From the NCBI GenBank assembly GCA_964195995.1, contig CAXMQS010000049.1, positions 407 through 64,406 of the forward strand: 64,000 nucleotides of DNA. The letters run 5' to 3'. A model generated the notes under the pieces. The model was not told the DNA's origin. It searched no databases and saw nothing but the letters and a program-made list of their open reading frames with translations. This document shows positions 63,165-64,000 of the stretch, piece after piece. The translations under genes were made by a program, and so were the position numbers. Position 1 is the first letter of the stretch. Each line of letters opens with the position of its first letter. The stretch is from an uncultured Acidimicrobiia bacterium. Its GTDB lineage: Bacteria; Actinomycetota; Acidimicrobiia; Spongiisociales; JAOTWH01.

Positions 63165-63797
63165 TCAGGTCGGCCGTTGGAGCGAGTAACGATCGCCCTC
63201 CGTCTTCTCGAAGCCCATGCGCCGCAGATATTGGGCATGCTCTTGCGTCGTCGCCCGCGCCCAAATCGGCACGCCGCTGTCGAAGACGCCCGAGGCATTT
63301 GAGAACACGAATCGGCCCAGCTTGAGGTCGCGGTATTGCGGGATGGCGTAATCGAGCCGGACCTCGACCTGGTCCGACTCGTCTCCGGCACACACCAGGA
63401 GGCCGGCCGGCACCATGTCTCTGAGGATGAACACCGCGAACTGACCCTCTTGCGGCGCGTAGTGGAACTCTGGCTGGAAGCGGGCGATGTCGTCGGCATG
63501 GAACTCGAGGAAGCGGTCCAGATAGCGCGACTCGGGGTAAACCCGCAGCGTGGAGAAGACGTCCTGGGGACGCTGGGTGAGCTTGACGAGGTAATAGAGG
63601 TGGAGACCGGCGGCGATGACGTTGACGACTGCGATCGGGTAGGCCTCGATGAGGATGCTGTAGACGAAGAAGACCGCAGATCCGCCCAGCCCGATTAGCC
63701 GCAGCCGCAAGATCGATTTCTGGGCGAGGGAGGCGATCACGAGGGCAGAGCCCAGGTATCCAATCAGCTGCACCGCGAAGTCGTAAGTCATCGCCAA
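63165..63797 (-). CDS. hypothetical membrane protein: YgjV-like 3-TM N-terminus plus GNAT-like-looking C-terminal domain
   Basis: ORF track 210 aa. The N-terminal 75 aa are hydrophobic and YgjV-like. The C-terminal part (VRLDYAIPQYRDLKLGRFVF...YLRRMGFE) looks acetyltransferase-like. Both assignments are tentative. Confidence 0.5.
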   Translation of the reverse strand: MAMTYDFAVQLIGYLGSALVIASLAQKSILRLRLIGLGGSAVFFVYSILIEAYPIAVVNVIAAGLHLYYLVKLTQRPQDVFSTLRVYPESRYLDRFLEFHADDIARFQPEFHYAPQEGQFAVFILRDMVPAGLLVCAGDESDQVEVRLDYAIPQYRDLKLGRFVFSNASGVFDSGVPIWARATTQEHAQYLRRMGFEKTEGDRYSLQRPT

Positions 63798-63865
63798 CGA
63801 GCGTACAACCGTCGAATCCGGGGCATTGCCTACGTCTTATCTATGACGAACAAAGGAGTCGAACA

Positions 63866-64000
63866 TGGGACGACGTTCCCTTCTCATTGGCCTCGCTCTG
63901 TTGATGGTGGCGTTGGCGCCGCTCAATGCCTCAGGCAGCGACCGAACACGAGAGTCCGATCGGGTTCCAGCCACGGACACGCCAACGGTTGGTGAGGATG
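63866..64000 (+). CDS. hypothetical secreted protein (5' fragment, continues beyond the window)
   Basis: ATG 63866 has AAAGGAG upstream. MGRRSLLIGLALLMVALAPLNASG is a signal-peptide-like N-terminus. Open to the window end. Confidence 0.4.

Overview
GC-rich chromosomal segment with actinobacterial gene architecture: a dnaK-grpE-dnaJ-hspR operon, HU, a Tad/Flp pilus operon and an RsiG-like protein. An Acidimicrobiia-like origin is only my guess. Almost the whole window is coding, and many adjacent genes overlap by 1 or 4 nt (ATGA, GTGA, TGATG), which I used to fix starts. I saw no rRNA, tRNA, CRISPR array, transposase, integrase or prophage. Order of content: (1) a 9-gene Tad/Flp pilus operon (1-5323, minus strand), including a 51-aa Flp-like prepilin that is too short for the ORF track; (2) the heat-shock operon, with an HspR-type inverted repeat upstream; (3) HU, a PEP-mutase-family gene, an intergenic cluster of DnaA-box-like 9-mers, asparaginase, an RsiG-like protein and an M23 peptidase; (4) tyrosine catabolism (hppD, fahA) with an uncharacterised 304-aa gene coupled to fahA; (5) an iron-chelate-type ABC pair, a membrane class III nucleotide cyclase and an L,D-transpeptidase; (6) lipid genes (fadE, tetR, an AMP-ligase); (7) an envelope/DivIVA module; (8) a contiguous block for tungstate/molybdate uptake (tupBCA-like), a rhodanese-MoeB fusion, moaA, a nucleoside ABC importer, adenosine deaminase, mocA, xdhC, a three-subunit xanthine-dehydrogenase-family enzyme and an 8-oxoguanine-deaminase-like amidohydrolase; (9) a serA-serC-DUF1015 operon. 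The most unusual item is a hairpin-rich direct repeat with a period of about 139 bp, in 2.3 copies, that fills the entire divergent intergenic region 57725-58064. I cannot assign it to any known element. Other items worth a second look are two genes whose conserved N-termini lie upstream of any canonical start codon (CTG candidates), a frameshifted YpfJ-type metallopeptidase, and a weak candidate Moco riboswitch before moaA. All homology calls come from reading the translations and from memory of the families; no database was searched.
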